DNA of 64,000 nt from Hormiphora californensis (taxonomy: Eukaryota > Animalia > Ctenophora). The DNA lies in NCBI GenBank assembly GCA_020137815.1, contig CM035355.1, positions 2,108,001 to 2,172,000 of the forward strand, read 5' to 3'. Numbering within the stretch: position 1 is the stretch's first letter; every line of letters begins with the position of its first letter. The notes beneath the pieces were generated by a model, which was not told where the DNA came from, made no database searches, and worked only from the letters and a program-made list of their open reading frames with translations. Shown here one piece after another: positions 53,017-64,000 of this stretch. Position numbers and translations under genes: made by a program.

Positions 53017-54860
53017 GAGGGAGGAGCGGAGTGCACTGAAACATGGGGAGGTGACTTGTGCTGTTTAGAAGCAAATTTACCGATATTTCAAGAACCTGAA
53101 GAATGACGGTTGTGGTAGTATGAGCGAGTGAACTTACCGCTCCTTATCGGGAGCATGCCCTGCAAATGAACTCCCCTTGCAATAAGAGGGTGTTAAGATT
53201 TGTGATTATTATCGGTTTTCATATCTTACCCTTGGTAGACCTGATTGGAATGGTATGGCTGAATTGTGTACCAATACAGGACCTGGGCGAGAGAGCGCGA
53301 GCGGCGACAAACAACCACGCCAAACCCACCAACTAAGAAGCAAACCCATCCCATACCTTACACTAAAGAACAAGGAGCAAACACCCCTTCTCCCTTATTA
53401 GGGAGAACAAAACAGCCCTGACACACAAGCGCACCTATAAAAGTACTAGGGGACCAGAAACCCTTGAACCGCACCCTTTCCCACAGAAAACTCTGCCAGG
53501 TCCTGAAATGAGTGCATGGCCTTACCCTTCCTTGAGCAGAAACGTGCCCTGAAACATGTCTCCTAGAAAAGCTAGAACTATTAATAACAATATCGAGCCG
53601 GCTCTACAAATCCCGCTGGGAAGAGTGACCGCCCTCCTAAATCATATACCACCACACACCAGCACAAGAAGGCTAGCTAGGGTCATTCAGTAAGAAAGGT
53701 GTGATAGGGTACTAGGATCCTAACCAGCAACCGGGGGGGGGGGGGGGGGGGGCTCAACCAGTAGTGAATAATAATACAATGCAACATGACACAAAACTTA
53801 TTACCGAACTGACGGTCAGCATACAGGACGAAACATAGAGAGACAAACAATAAACATGACAGTGATCAGCAGACTGACAACAACGTGACAAGTTTATCTG
53901 TTTTGATGCGATGGTTGCTTGTAGATCGATGTTTCCAGCTTTACAGGAGGTTGGGTCGGTGTCCTTGTTGAAATACACACACACACTTTTCTCTCACACT
54001 ATGTAATGTGTGATACTCTCTCAATTATAAACAAAATTCAATAAGGTAGGGACAGAGCCCCCAAAGTCGTGCGAAACAAAATATGGCAGTGAAGTTGTGA
54101 GCTTCTATCGGTTTGTTCAGACTATAATAGTTCTACTCTGACAGTCAGGAAGGGGAAGTAGACCGAGGTGATTCATATCCTGTCAGAGCATTCATATCCT
54201 GTCAGAGCATTCATATCCTGTCAGAGCGCACGAGAACTATGGTCAGAGCATTGGCCTGACAGTTCAATCACACTAGAAGACTCGAGAGATGATGTACGGT
54301 CAGCACCCTATTTCAGATCCCTAGCCCCCGATTCCATTCATTATGTATTCATTCCATTCAGTATATATTCAACCTGTGATACCACTGTTCGTGCCCCCTG
54401 GAGCCGCCACCCTGTCTGCCTCCCCTTAGTTACAGAGGGGCGGTAACTGGATGGAAGTCCCAGGGCGGGCTAAGTGCATTTACAGCCACAGGTGGTATAG
54501 TGATCTAGTTCCCCTCTATTTCACGCTTCATGATTCATTGCACCAGGCAGGGCACGTGATCATCGTGGCGACCAATGAGAGTGAAGTATTGCGTTTATAA
54601 GAGAGATATCTTGGCTCGCATGGGGGGGACGATTGAAGTCAGTCTATTCGAACCACCTAAAACTTTGTCGTTATCTCCTGAAAACCCCCTTCACCACACC
54701 CCTACTATTTCACCGACGGTCACCCTACATTTGGTGGCCACGCAGGGGCTCTAGTCTTCCTTTATTTGTTCCAGTAAAATCCTAAAATTTTGTTTTGCTT
54801 ACATTCCTCAGACGTGTGTCTAAGAAATGTCAATTCTCACCCGGCCTCCGGTTCTGACAT

Positions 54861-56180
54861 TTGCCTGATCCTGATAAAGAGATGATAGCTTATACTGATG
54901 CTTCGCTAATTGGCATTGGTGGTCGTATCGGTCACAACTTGGAAGGTAATTTCCATCCAGTCTCGTATAGCTCCCGAATACTCACTGAGAGAGAACAACG
55001 CTGGCCTTCCTTCAAGAGGGAGCTGTTCTCCCTGTACTACCATATCACCCAAAGATGGAGATACTTTCTAGTTGGGGCTAAGTTCCAAGCCTATATGGAT
55101 ATGAAGGCCATCACTCTGGACGGTTTTATGAAACACGCTACACAAGCCATTATTCCCCGGTGGCTGATGGAACTCTCGTGCTTTGACTTTAAACTGGAAT
55201 TCAAAGCTGGCAAGCTTATGGAGGTGCCTGACTGTCTTTCCAGGCTTCCTGTTTCTTCGGATGAGCTCTTTGAATGGTGGACTGGACCTACAGGTGATTT
55301 GGAACGCCCCGTCCCCTGGAACCCGACTGATGATCCTCCGGATGATACTGATCGAGAAGTAGCCTGTATGACTACCGACGCGATACTAGAAAGATCGGAT
55401 CCGGGCGTGCGCCTGTTTCCCGATTCCTCACCTGTTGGTAGATTTGAAAACCCGATTCCTGGTTATTTCAGCACTGAACTACTTGACGCTCAGCAAAGAG
55501 ATGACAACATCAAGTTGGTAATTACGTGGCTAGTGGAGGACACTAAACCACCAGTCTCTACTGAACTCACTCCTGAATTGTACTGGTACTGGTGCTACTA
55601 CAACCACTTGACGGTGAACGGCAAGGGCTTGTTGTGCTACAAGTACCACCGCCGTAACTCACAGAAGTTTGCAGAGCTCGTGATCCTGCCCCCCGAACTG
55701 ATAGAATGCAGTGTTAAAGCTCATCATGACCTGGATAGTAGTGGCCACCTAGGACCAAAGAAAACTGTTGAAAGGATATACCTGGTCCAGCATGAAAGGT
55801 ACCCGGGTAAGGAACTGGTGGTTCATTCCAACACTATGAAATTAATTCGAGACGACCTGAGATTTACTAAAGATGGGCCGCTGATCGAAGGTGATGACTC
55901 TGACTCTGAGGAGGAAATAATTTCCCACTACTCCTCTGAACCGGTTCCTGGTGACCCCGTTCCAGATGCTAGGAACGGATGTGAACCCGATTATCAATTA
56001 CTAGATACAACGGAAGGGTGTGTGCCCAACTCCGTTCCTGATATCTCTGCCGGGCGTGTGCCTGAAAACCTAGGCCAAGCAGCTATGAAGGGTGTGCGCC
56101 TAGTGACCTGGTCGTGGAGGAGAACATCGTACCCACGAGTTCTGAGGTACTCAGCGATGACGGCAAGGGAGCTACTGTGA
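54861..56180 (+). pseudogene. pol: Remnant pol ORF: Ty3-type RNase H plus the start of the integrase zinc-binding domain, joined to the integrase C-terminal tail
   Basis: YTDAS, PVSYSSR, ELFSL and PDCLSR RNase H motifs. HHDLDSSGHLG is followed directly by YLVQ..VVHSNTMK. Gag, protease, RT and the DDE core are absent. Confidence 0.85.
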
Positions 56181-56739
56181 AACGAGACTACAATCTGAAG
56201 AAACGTCCAACCGGTTAGAGTATCCTATCTACCAAATACGTGAGTTGTAATCGCCTAATACTAATATGAACTGTGAATGACAGCTGAATACTCACCTTTT
56301 TACACTAGAGCGATTAGTAATGAACAGTTATAATGGGATTAGTAAAGAACAGTTATCATATGAAATATGCAAATGAAAGCGACAGTATATTCTAACTATG
56401 TCAAGATATATAATATATAATGTGCAAGTACACATATCCGTGTAGCGAATATTCTAACCCCGTGCATGATGTTATCCTAAACGTGCTGTTTCCCTGCCTG
56501 GGGTTGCCCTACTCTGCCATACCTCACCTAACCCCTCATCACATGTGTAGGTTCATTAAGATCGCAACTGTATAAGCGATAGTTTGATATGTAAAGTTAT
56601 AATTATTTCCTTCGGGTCATACTTTAGTCTGGTATACTACCACCCAATCAGCGCTGACTTTCGTAGTATCTGGACAGTATGATCTCGATGCCTGCGCAGG
56701 CCCTATATATACAGTAGATTTTAGAAACGTGAAAGAGAA

Positions 56740-56950
56740 AGAAATGTGAAATGAAATGTGAAATGAAATGTGAAATGAGATGTGAAATGAAATGTGAAAT
56801 GAAATGTGAAAGTGAAAGAAACGTGAAACGTTTTGAAATGTGAATTGAAACGAAATATGTGAAACGTTTTGAAATGTGAATTGAAACGATATATTGAAAT
56901 GAGAATTCAAGTGCCGAGAAAGTGCAGTTGAGATTGAATATTGAATTGAA
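56740..56950 (+). repeat. GAAATGT/GAAAT-based tandem repeats in the 3' non-coding region of the retroelement
   Basis: Directly visible. Confidence 0.8.
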
Positions 56951-58283
56951 TTGAGTGTGAGTACACTCAATTGAAGTTGCGATACCTATAAAGTGTGATG
57001 AACGATGAAAAGTGAGGGGATGAACCTAAATAAAAGTATATTTGTAGCTTTAGATAGCCAGGGTTAGATTTATTTAGACCGGGAGTGGGGGATCTAGGGC
57101 TGCCGTACAGCGGGGGGTGGATGTACGGTCAGCACCCTATTTCAGATCCCTAGCCCCCGATTCCATTCATTATGTATTCATTCCATTCAGTATATATTCA
57201 ACCTGTGATACCACTGTTCGTGCCCCCTGGAGCCGCCACCCTGTCTGCCTCCCCTTAGTTACAGAGGGGCGGTAACTGGATGGAAGTCCCAGGGCGGGCT
57301 AAGTGCATTTACAGCCACAGGTGGTATAGTGATCTAGTTCCCCTCTATTTCACGCTTCATGATTCATTGCACCAGGCAGGGCACGTGATCATCGTGGCGA
57401 CCAATGAGAGTGAAGTATTGCGTTTATAAGAGAGATATCTTGGCTCGCATGGGGGGGACGATTGAAGTCAGTCTATTCGAACCACCTAAAACTTTGTCGT
57501 TATCTCCTGAAAACCCCCTTCACCACACCCCTACTATTTCACCGACGGTCACCCTACAATGAAACCAAAAAGAGCTGTATATATAGAAATATTTGTTATG
57601 TTCTAACCCTCCTTTACATTTGTAAAGGAAGGTTAGGAGCTCGCGAAAAGCTGTCTGGCGCCGCCGACCCCATCTGAGCGCACTGATGTTGAGAATCGAA
57701 TGGGGTATGGCGCCGCCATACAGGCGACAAGGGGCTCGAGCTAGGCAAAGAATTATAGGAAGTTGTCTAGCTTACATAATACATAGCACGGAAAATTGTT
57801 GAGTAAGAGGTGGAGAACAAACGGAAAACGGAGTTATAACGAGACATGGTGTCTGTACTAATACACATGGCGTCTGTACTAATACAGCACATAACGCAAT
57901 ATTTAACCAGGTGTTGAGTCCCCTGACAGTTCAATAGAAACCTTCCGTTCCCAGCTGACAGAAACAGGGCCTTCACAGCTGACAATATAAGCTGCCGGAT
58001 ATTTGATGTAGTCTTGAGTTAGACAAAGACGTGTACCGAATGTGTAAATATGATGTTATAGACATGCAAAAATTTAACATAACGGCATAGATCTAACAGC
58101 AAATTAATAAGTTAGATTATGCCCCAGAGTCAAAACACAAGTCGAGAAAGGAAAAAAGAAAGTGAAAGTTGTATTACAGAGTTGACAGCCAAATAGGCTC
58201 CGCGGCAAGATTATGACAGTTTTGGTTGTTAGACAGTGGACAAGACGTGTCAACTTTAAATTTACTGTAGATCTGTAGTGATA

Positions 58284-58654
58284 GGTAGGCGGTAAATGTT
58301 AACCAGATCTGTGAGAATTTCGAACATTTTTGCCCATAACTCAGCCATTTCTTGACCAATTTGCAAAATCTTTGCCTCATTGGAAAGAGGACATTGAGAT
58401 CTCTCAAATGAGCTTAAAAAATGAAAATTGGCGCAAATTGCGTGGCGTGGTGGCGAAAACGCGCATTTTGCGCCATGACGCCGCGCATTTTGCGCTGATT
58501 TTAGTTTCATCGGGCTCATTTGAAAGAGCTCAATGTCCTCTTTCCAACGCGCCCAAGATTTTGCAAATTGGTCAAGAAATGACTGAGTTATGGACAAAAA
58601 CGTGGTTTTGCACGTACGTTTTCTCTCAGATCTGGTTAACATTTACCGCCTACC
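58284..58654. mobile_element. 371-bp palindromic MITE, Mutator-type
   Basis: TIR GGTAGGCGGTAAATGTTAACCAGATCTG. Exact 9-bp TSD GTAGTGATA at 58275-58283 and 58655-58663. Confidence 0.9.
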
Positions 58655-59538
58655 GTAGTGATAGTATCACTGATACGTGACAGGGACGTAGCTAATAATT
58701 CAGTAATCTGTCTTACTCTGCACATCACGTTCTATGAACTTTGTACTGTATGACAGGCGTGACAAATATAATGGTTGAGTTAGGACAGGAGAAGAATTAG
58801 AGAGACACTTCTGTGCTTGAGATATATATCGGAAATAGCATGAGCCCTGAAGTGATAATCTGTCTGAGTTATGACGCAGGCACTATAGTAGCACAATGCG
58901 TGACAGCCTAATTACGAAGAGTGCACAATTGAATTGCAACTAGTAACATAGCTTTGTAATAATATAACAACGTCATGATGATGTATCACATACACAATGT
59001 GATGGAGAGTTGATGGAGTGATATCAAATAAGTACACTCAGTACCACTACCACATAAAGAGTGAGAGTGGTATGATGATTCATCGCATGAGAGTGGTATG
59101 ATGATTCATCATTGATGTCTCATGCTCAGGGTTTATTGAACCCTGAGCATGAGACATGGTCTTGAGTGAATGAGACAGAGATAGTGAATATCATGTGATC
59201 TACTGATCGTGATAAGATTGGTAGAAAATTCTGTACTTTCACTGGGATAATTAGGTTCACTGAAAAAACTGTATCTTTTTTAAGAAAACAAAATCATATC
59301 AGTGTTACACACTTCAAATCACAGCACCGAAAGTTCATTTTCTCCATAGCATAGAGTCCATACTGATACGGAATACTATCATTGCGACAGTCGACAAGCT
59401 TATTTTCACACACTTATAATCCACTTATTCCACACAGTGTGTCTCTCGTTTTAGTCTCGGCGCTCATTATATGTCATGCCTAGACTCATACCACTTCTAT
59501 CATTTTCCTCTCACACAGTTTTCATAACAAACAAGGTT

Positions 59539-60756
59539 TCATCCTTGTCCCTTGATCAGGGACAAAATGTGTTTTTCCCTCTGGTGAGCGTTATCCCTCC
59601 TCCGTTTTAGCGCTGGAAAGGGCGCCCTGTACTCCAAAAACAAGCTCAATTTCTTCTTCTCCGGGGTAGTAGATCGAGGCGAGAAGGGAGATGATGATAT
59701 GGTGGTGCTAGGAACGGGGGAGGGTTGCCCAACAAGGGTTTTAACTCGTGCAATGTGTTCTTGGACCCGCTCCAGGGAGGGAACAGGGCAGAGTGTTTCA
59801 TATCGGGGAGATGGAGGTGGTTGTCGGGGTGCTCTAGCAGAGATTCCACCATTGGTTGATGTCTGCAGGGGTCAGATAGGGAGGGTGAGATATGTATCAG
59901 CATCACAGTTGGTGAGCAAGGGGCTCAACAACATCACAGCGGAAACATGCTTCACACACAGATATATTCTTCAGAACTTCTGGTCAAGTGATCATCACTC
60001 AAACATATAGGTTGCAAATAATGAAAAGTAGCTTGAAAAAGTATATTGTGAAAATGGGGCAGCATTTATGAAGACAAGGATTATTACAAAATGAACATTG
60101 AAGGAGCAAGCTACATAAAACATCATTAATCGTGAATTTCCAAGGAAGTCAAGTCCAAAGTGAGATTGTAAACAGAAGGGGAAATCAGTTGATACATTGG
60201 TACAGTTAGTTTATATACTCAGCGAAAAGGGGGCAAAACGTGGCAGATGAAGACTTGAATAAAATACACGTTTATCCATGACAGGATGAGGAAGGTGGGG
60301 AGGGATGAGAGAGAGAAAGAAAAAGAGAGACAGAGAGAGAGAGGGGTAGGAAAATAGAGAAAGATAGAGAGGGGAAAAGATAGAGATATAGGCCAAATTA
60401 GGGAGGTAGAGAGAGATGAGTAGATAGATATACCTGTAGCAAGGAAGAAGCTACTTATTGGAATAGATAGGAAAAGGTGCCAACATTCACATACCTATAG
60501 ACCCAGCCTGCTAACACGTATACACGATTCACAAGTACAAATAAGTAGAGAAAGTAGTGTTCTGATTTGAGGAATGTCGAGTGAGTGACTTTTGGCGACT
60601 TTTTTGACATGGTTTTGTGACCGTTTTGGAGTTAAATGACCAACCAAAGTTTAACTTCAATGTGATCACTGAATTGCCTATTAATTGAAATCATATTCTT
60701 GACCATAATTTTTTTCATTTATGTCTATCGTGAGAAAACGAGAGAGAGAGAAAGAT

Positions 60757-60815
<59 letters not shown>

Positions 60816-63732
60816 GAGAGAGAGAGAGAGAGAGAAAGAGAGGGAGAGAGAGAAAGAGGGAGAGAGAGGGAGAACAGAGGTCAGAGAGTGATACGATGAT
60901 AGCAGGTACGTTTCAGGTGCGTCGACATAAGACCATCTTAATCTTGTTATGTTTATTCACCGGGCGTATGCCAGAAAATGAAATAATGCTACAGCAGTAC
61001 AGACAGCTAGAGAAACGGAAAGAGACACTGGGAAATTGAACAAAAGACGTGCAGGAAATACCATTGATATCTTTAGCACACAAAATGCACACATGCGTGC
61101 AATGCAAAGCATTGAGAAATATCGACATCTGTATAATTCACGTGCACAATGGTATATTTACCTGTACTGGTACTGGTTGTTTCCCCGCAGTCATATTTGA
61201 AATATTATTTCTCTCTTCTATCCGAGCTCCGAGGGCTGCCACCGCTCTCTTTCTCAGCAGATTTGTTTTGAATTGCTCTGTAGCCAGAACGGAAAACAGA
61301 AAGCCCCGACTTGGCTTTTTCGGGGCTTCTTCTGGCACAGGTTCTGGGTCTTTGGTGGGCTCAACCTAAACACACGGAAATAGGATATTAAGGGTACGCT
61401 AACCAAAATTTTTTTTCGAGTGCAGGGAAATCTCTCACCGTAGGGTTGTAGGCCATGCCAAGGAGACCTCAAATATGCAATTTTAGCCCTTAAGTCGAAT
61501 TCATATTTTTGCTACAGCTGTTTAAAAAATGTCCTGTAAATACGTTTTTGGCATCTCAAAAAAATTATTTTAAAGATAGGAGCATGAAAATTTGGGGATT
61601 TGAAGAGGACATGAAGGTGAATAACCACAAAAATTTTTTTTGCAATCCGAGCTGATTTCCGGTCCTGAGATGGATTTCTTTTTTTCCACTTTAACGCCCT
61701 ATTTGGCAAAGTTCCGAAAACATGTGAAAGCTGTAAATTGGTGAAAAGTTGCGTCTAACGATTATCTAAGTGGCCATAAATTTTGGGCGTGTCCTTATTT
61801 GAGATACGCTGTACAGAGGTTTTTTTGTGAAAGCCGTCATTTTAGAAATAAATAAATTCCCTGTATCTCAAAAACGACTGATCGTAGAGACCTGAGACTA
61901 TGCTTAAACGATTCAGAAGGTCCGATTTTGGGGGGGTCTTCTGAGAGACATTTTGCTCTTACTTCAACCGTTTTTGCTGTAATTGCGAAAAACAAATTCT
62001 ATGAAAAGGGCAAAAGCTAAAATCCAATATCCTGTAATTAGGGAATTTTAGCTAAGAAAGGACCGAAACTATGGAAAAATGTGTAACAAGCTACTTTCTT
62101 CACTATTTGGTCCATATGTGTCCCTATAATCACCAAAAACAAAATCACAAAAAATCCACGATGGCGAAGATGGATTTTTGTTTTTCGCAATTACAGCAAA
62201 AACGGTTGAAGTAGGAGCAAAATGTCTCTCAGAAGACCCCCCCAAAATCGGACCTTCTGAATCGTTTAAGCATAGTCTCAGGTCTCTACGATCAGTCGTT
62301 TTTGAGATACAGGGAATTTATTTATTTCTGAAATGACGGCTTTCACAAAAAAACCTCTGTACAGCTTATCTCAAATAAGGACGCGCCCAAAATTTATGGC
62401 CATATGGAGAATCGTTAGACGCAACTTTTGACCAATTTACAGCTTTCACATATTTTCGGAACTTGGCCAAATATGGCGTTAAAGTCAAAAAAAAGAAATC
62501 CATCTCAGGACCGGAAATCAGCTCGGATTTCAAAAACATTTTTTGTGGCTACTCACCTCTTTGTCCTCTTCAAATCCACAAATTTTTATGATCCTATCTT
62601 TACAAATGTATTTTTAAGATGCCAAAAACTTATTTTCAGTTCATTTTTCAAGCAGCTGTAGCAAAAATATGAATTCGACTTGAGAGCTCAAATTGCATAT
62701 TTGAGGTCTCCTTGGCATGGCCTACAACCCTACGGTGAGAGATTTCCCTGCACTCGAAAAAAAATTTTGGTTAGCGTACCCTTAAATGTAGGGAACAGAA
62801 AATTAACAATGACAAATCATGAAATATGTCTAGCTATCAGAAAAAATGGTGCTAATATAAATATCGTTCAAGAAGAGTTAAAACTGTTTGAGTGCTTGAT
62901 CAATCAAGTATGACGCGAGATTGCATTAAGTGCACGATCATTGAAAAAACAAGAGAAATCAAAAAGACGATCACGCAACTGTAAAGGATTCTATGTCCCT
63001 CTCTCTATCCCTCCTTCTTTCTGTAAATCTAGTGCGGCCACGGTGTTTACATGCAGTCACAGTCCCCCCTCTCTCTCTATTTCTCTCTCTCTCTCTGTCT
63101 TTCTCGTTTTTCCATCTATTAACCTTCATAAATTGCTCTTTTTTCGACTTTAAAAACAGCAGATACCACATCCCCCTGCATTGAATGTTCGGATGCACGT
63201 AATGATATCTTAGGGAAGAACTACATCACAATCCATGCGGCCGCGGGAGAGATGGAGGGATAAGGAATGAAAGCGGCATTTGGCGGTATATCGACGTTAA
63301 ACAGAGGGCACTTACAAACCCGGTATGATCATAGCAATGGTAAGTACCCCCGGGCCCACAGTTAATACTATAGCATGTATTGAACTATGATGTTAATAAA
63401 AAGGACAGATAAAATGTAGATGAAGCATGGATTGAAGCACGTTTATAGATCAAAGGAAATATGGTTGAAGTTATCATAGAAAGATACCGTGTCGTGGTAC
63501 CGCCACTCATAGATATGCTATGAACTAGCCGACTATGCAGGATTATGATAGTTTGTTGGATGGACTATGTGTCTCTACTCTTTAGCCATGTCTTTACTCT
63601 TTAGCTGACTAGTTTGATGGGCCGAATCAAACGGAGGGGAACTAAACATACCTGGTCTTGTTTGGATTGAGAAAGGGTAGAAGTACTCTTGGGACAGACA
63701 AACCAACTCGCAACAATATCGTCGTTACTTGT
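59539..63732 (-). CDS. 3' exons of an unidentified gene continuing beyond the window: 63732-63652, 61365-61162, 59862-59539 (stop)
   Basis: Three open, phase-0 GT-AG exons (81, 204 and 324 nt): TSNDDIVASWFVCPK...QDQ / VEPTKDPEP...QPVPVQ / TSTNGG...PPPSPRY...LIKGQG*. Confidence 0.6.
61392..62781. mobile_element. 1390-bp foldback non-autonomous element with Kolobok-like ends
   Basis: TTAA TSD at 61388-61391 and 62782-62785. GGGTACGCTAACC termini (purine ends, unlike piggyBac CCY). Moderately diverged inverted arms of ~600 bp with a ~180-bp spacer. Confidence 0.88.
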
Positions 63733-64000
63733 CTGAAAACAAGATGGGAATTATTCAGAGGAATCAGGAGAAACTTTCGAGAAAAACAGCAGAATGATCA
63801 GTTCAATTGAAATGGTGGTCGGAGAAAGAGGTGATCTTGATGAAGAATGATCGTACAAAATCACAAAATGAAAGAGTTTGAAATATATTACAATTGAAGT
63901 TGGGGAATCCTCAACACTTGCTTTCGGAACCAGTCTCTTGTGAAGGTCAGTAAGGGTCGCTGATAGAACTTTGAAACCTTCAGGGGGTGGGAATAATTAG

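Larger units (their letters stand above)
54293..57558 (+). mobile_element. Ty3/Gypsy LTR retrotransposon, internally deleted (non-autonomous) and recent
   Basis: 437-bp LTRs at 54293-54729 and 57122-57558 (TGTA...TACA, no differences seen). 4-bp TSD ATGA. PBS TGGTGGCCACGCAGGGG at 54732, resembling the complement of a tRNA-Ile 3' end. G-rich PPT before 57122. Confidence 0.95.

Overview
Eukaryotic animal genomic DNA, rich in introns and (AG/CT)n microsatellites. It is most likely from a cydippid ctenophore such as Pleurobrachia; this rests on my recollection of the small hAT MITE at 3151 and should be confirmed. It looks like a long-read draft with locally unpolished, homopolymer-garbled segments and at least two probable false tandem duplications. 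Hand-built spliced gene models: the 5' half of a beta-arrestin (-, present twice); a 14-exon, ~659-aa gene in which a canonical Max bHLH-Zip splices in frame into a long tail with two C2H2 zinc fingers (+); a Gln-rich C2H2 zinc-finger gene (-); AK6/Fap7 (-); a 4-EF-hand calmodulin-like gene ending in CRQQ, with several candidate alternative first exons (-); and the 3' exons of an unknown gene (-). Mobile DNA includes a young, internally deleted Ty3/Gypsy element and many non-autonomous inverted-repeat elements (hAT, Chapaev-, Kolobok-, MULE- and pogo-type ends). Two of these share one internal module despite unrelated termini. The most notable observation is the putative Max-zinc-finger fusion. 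Most ORFs in the supplied track are microsatellite artefacts.
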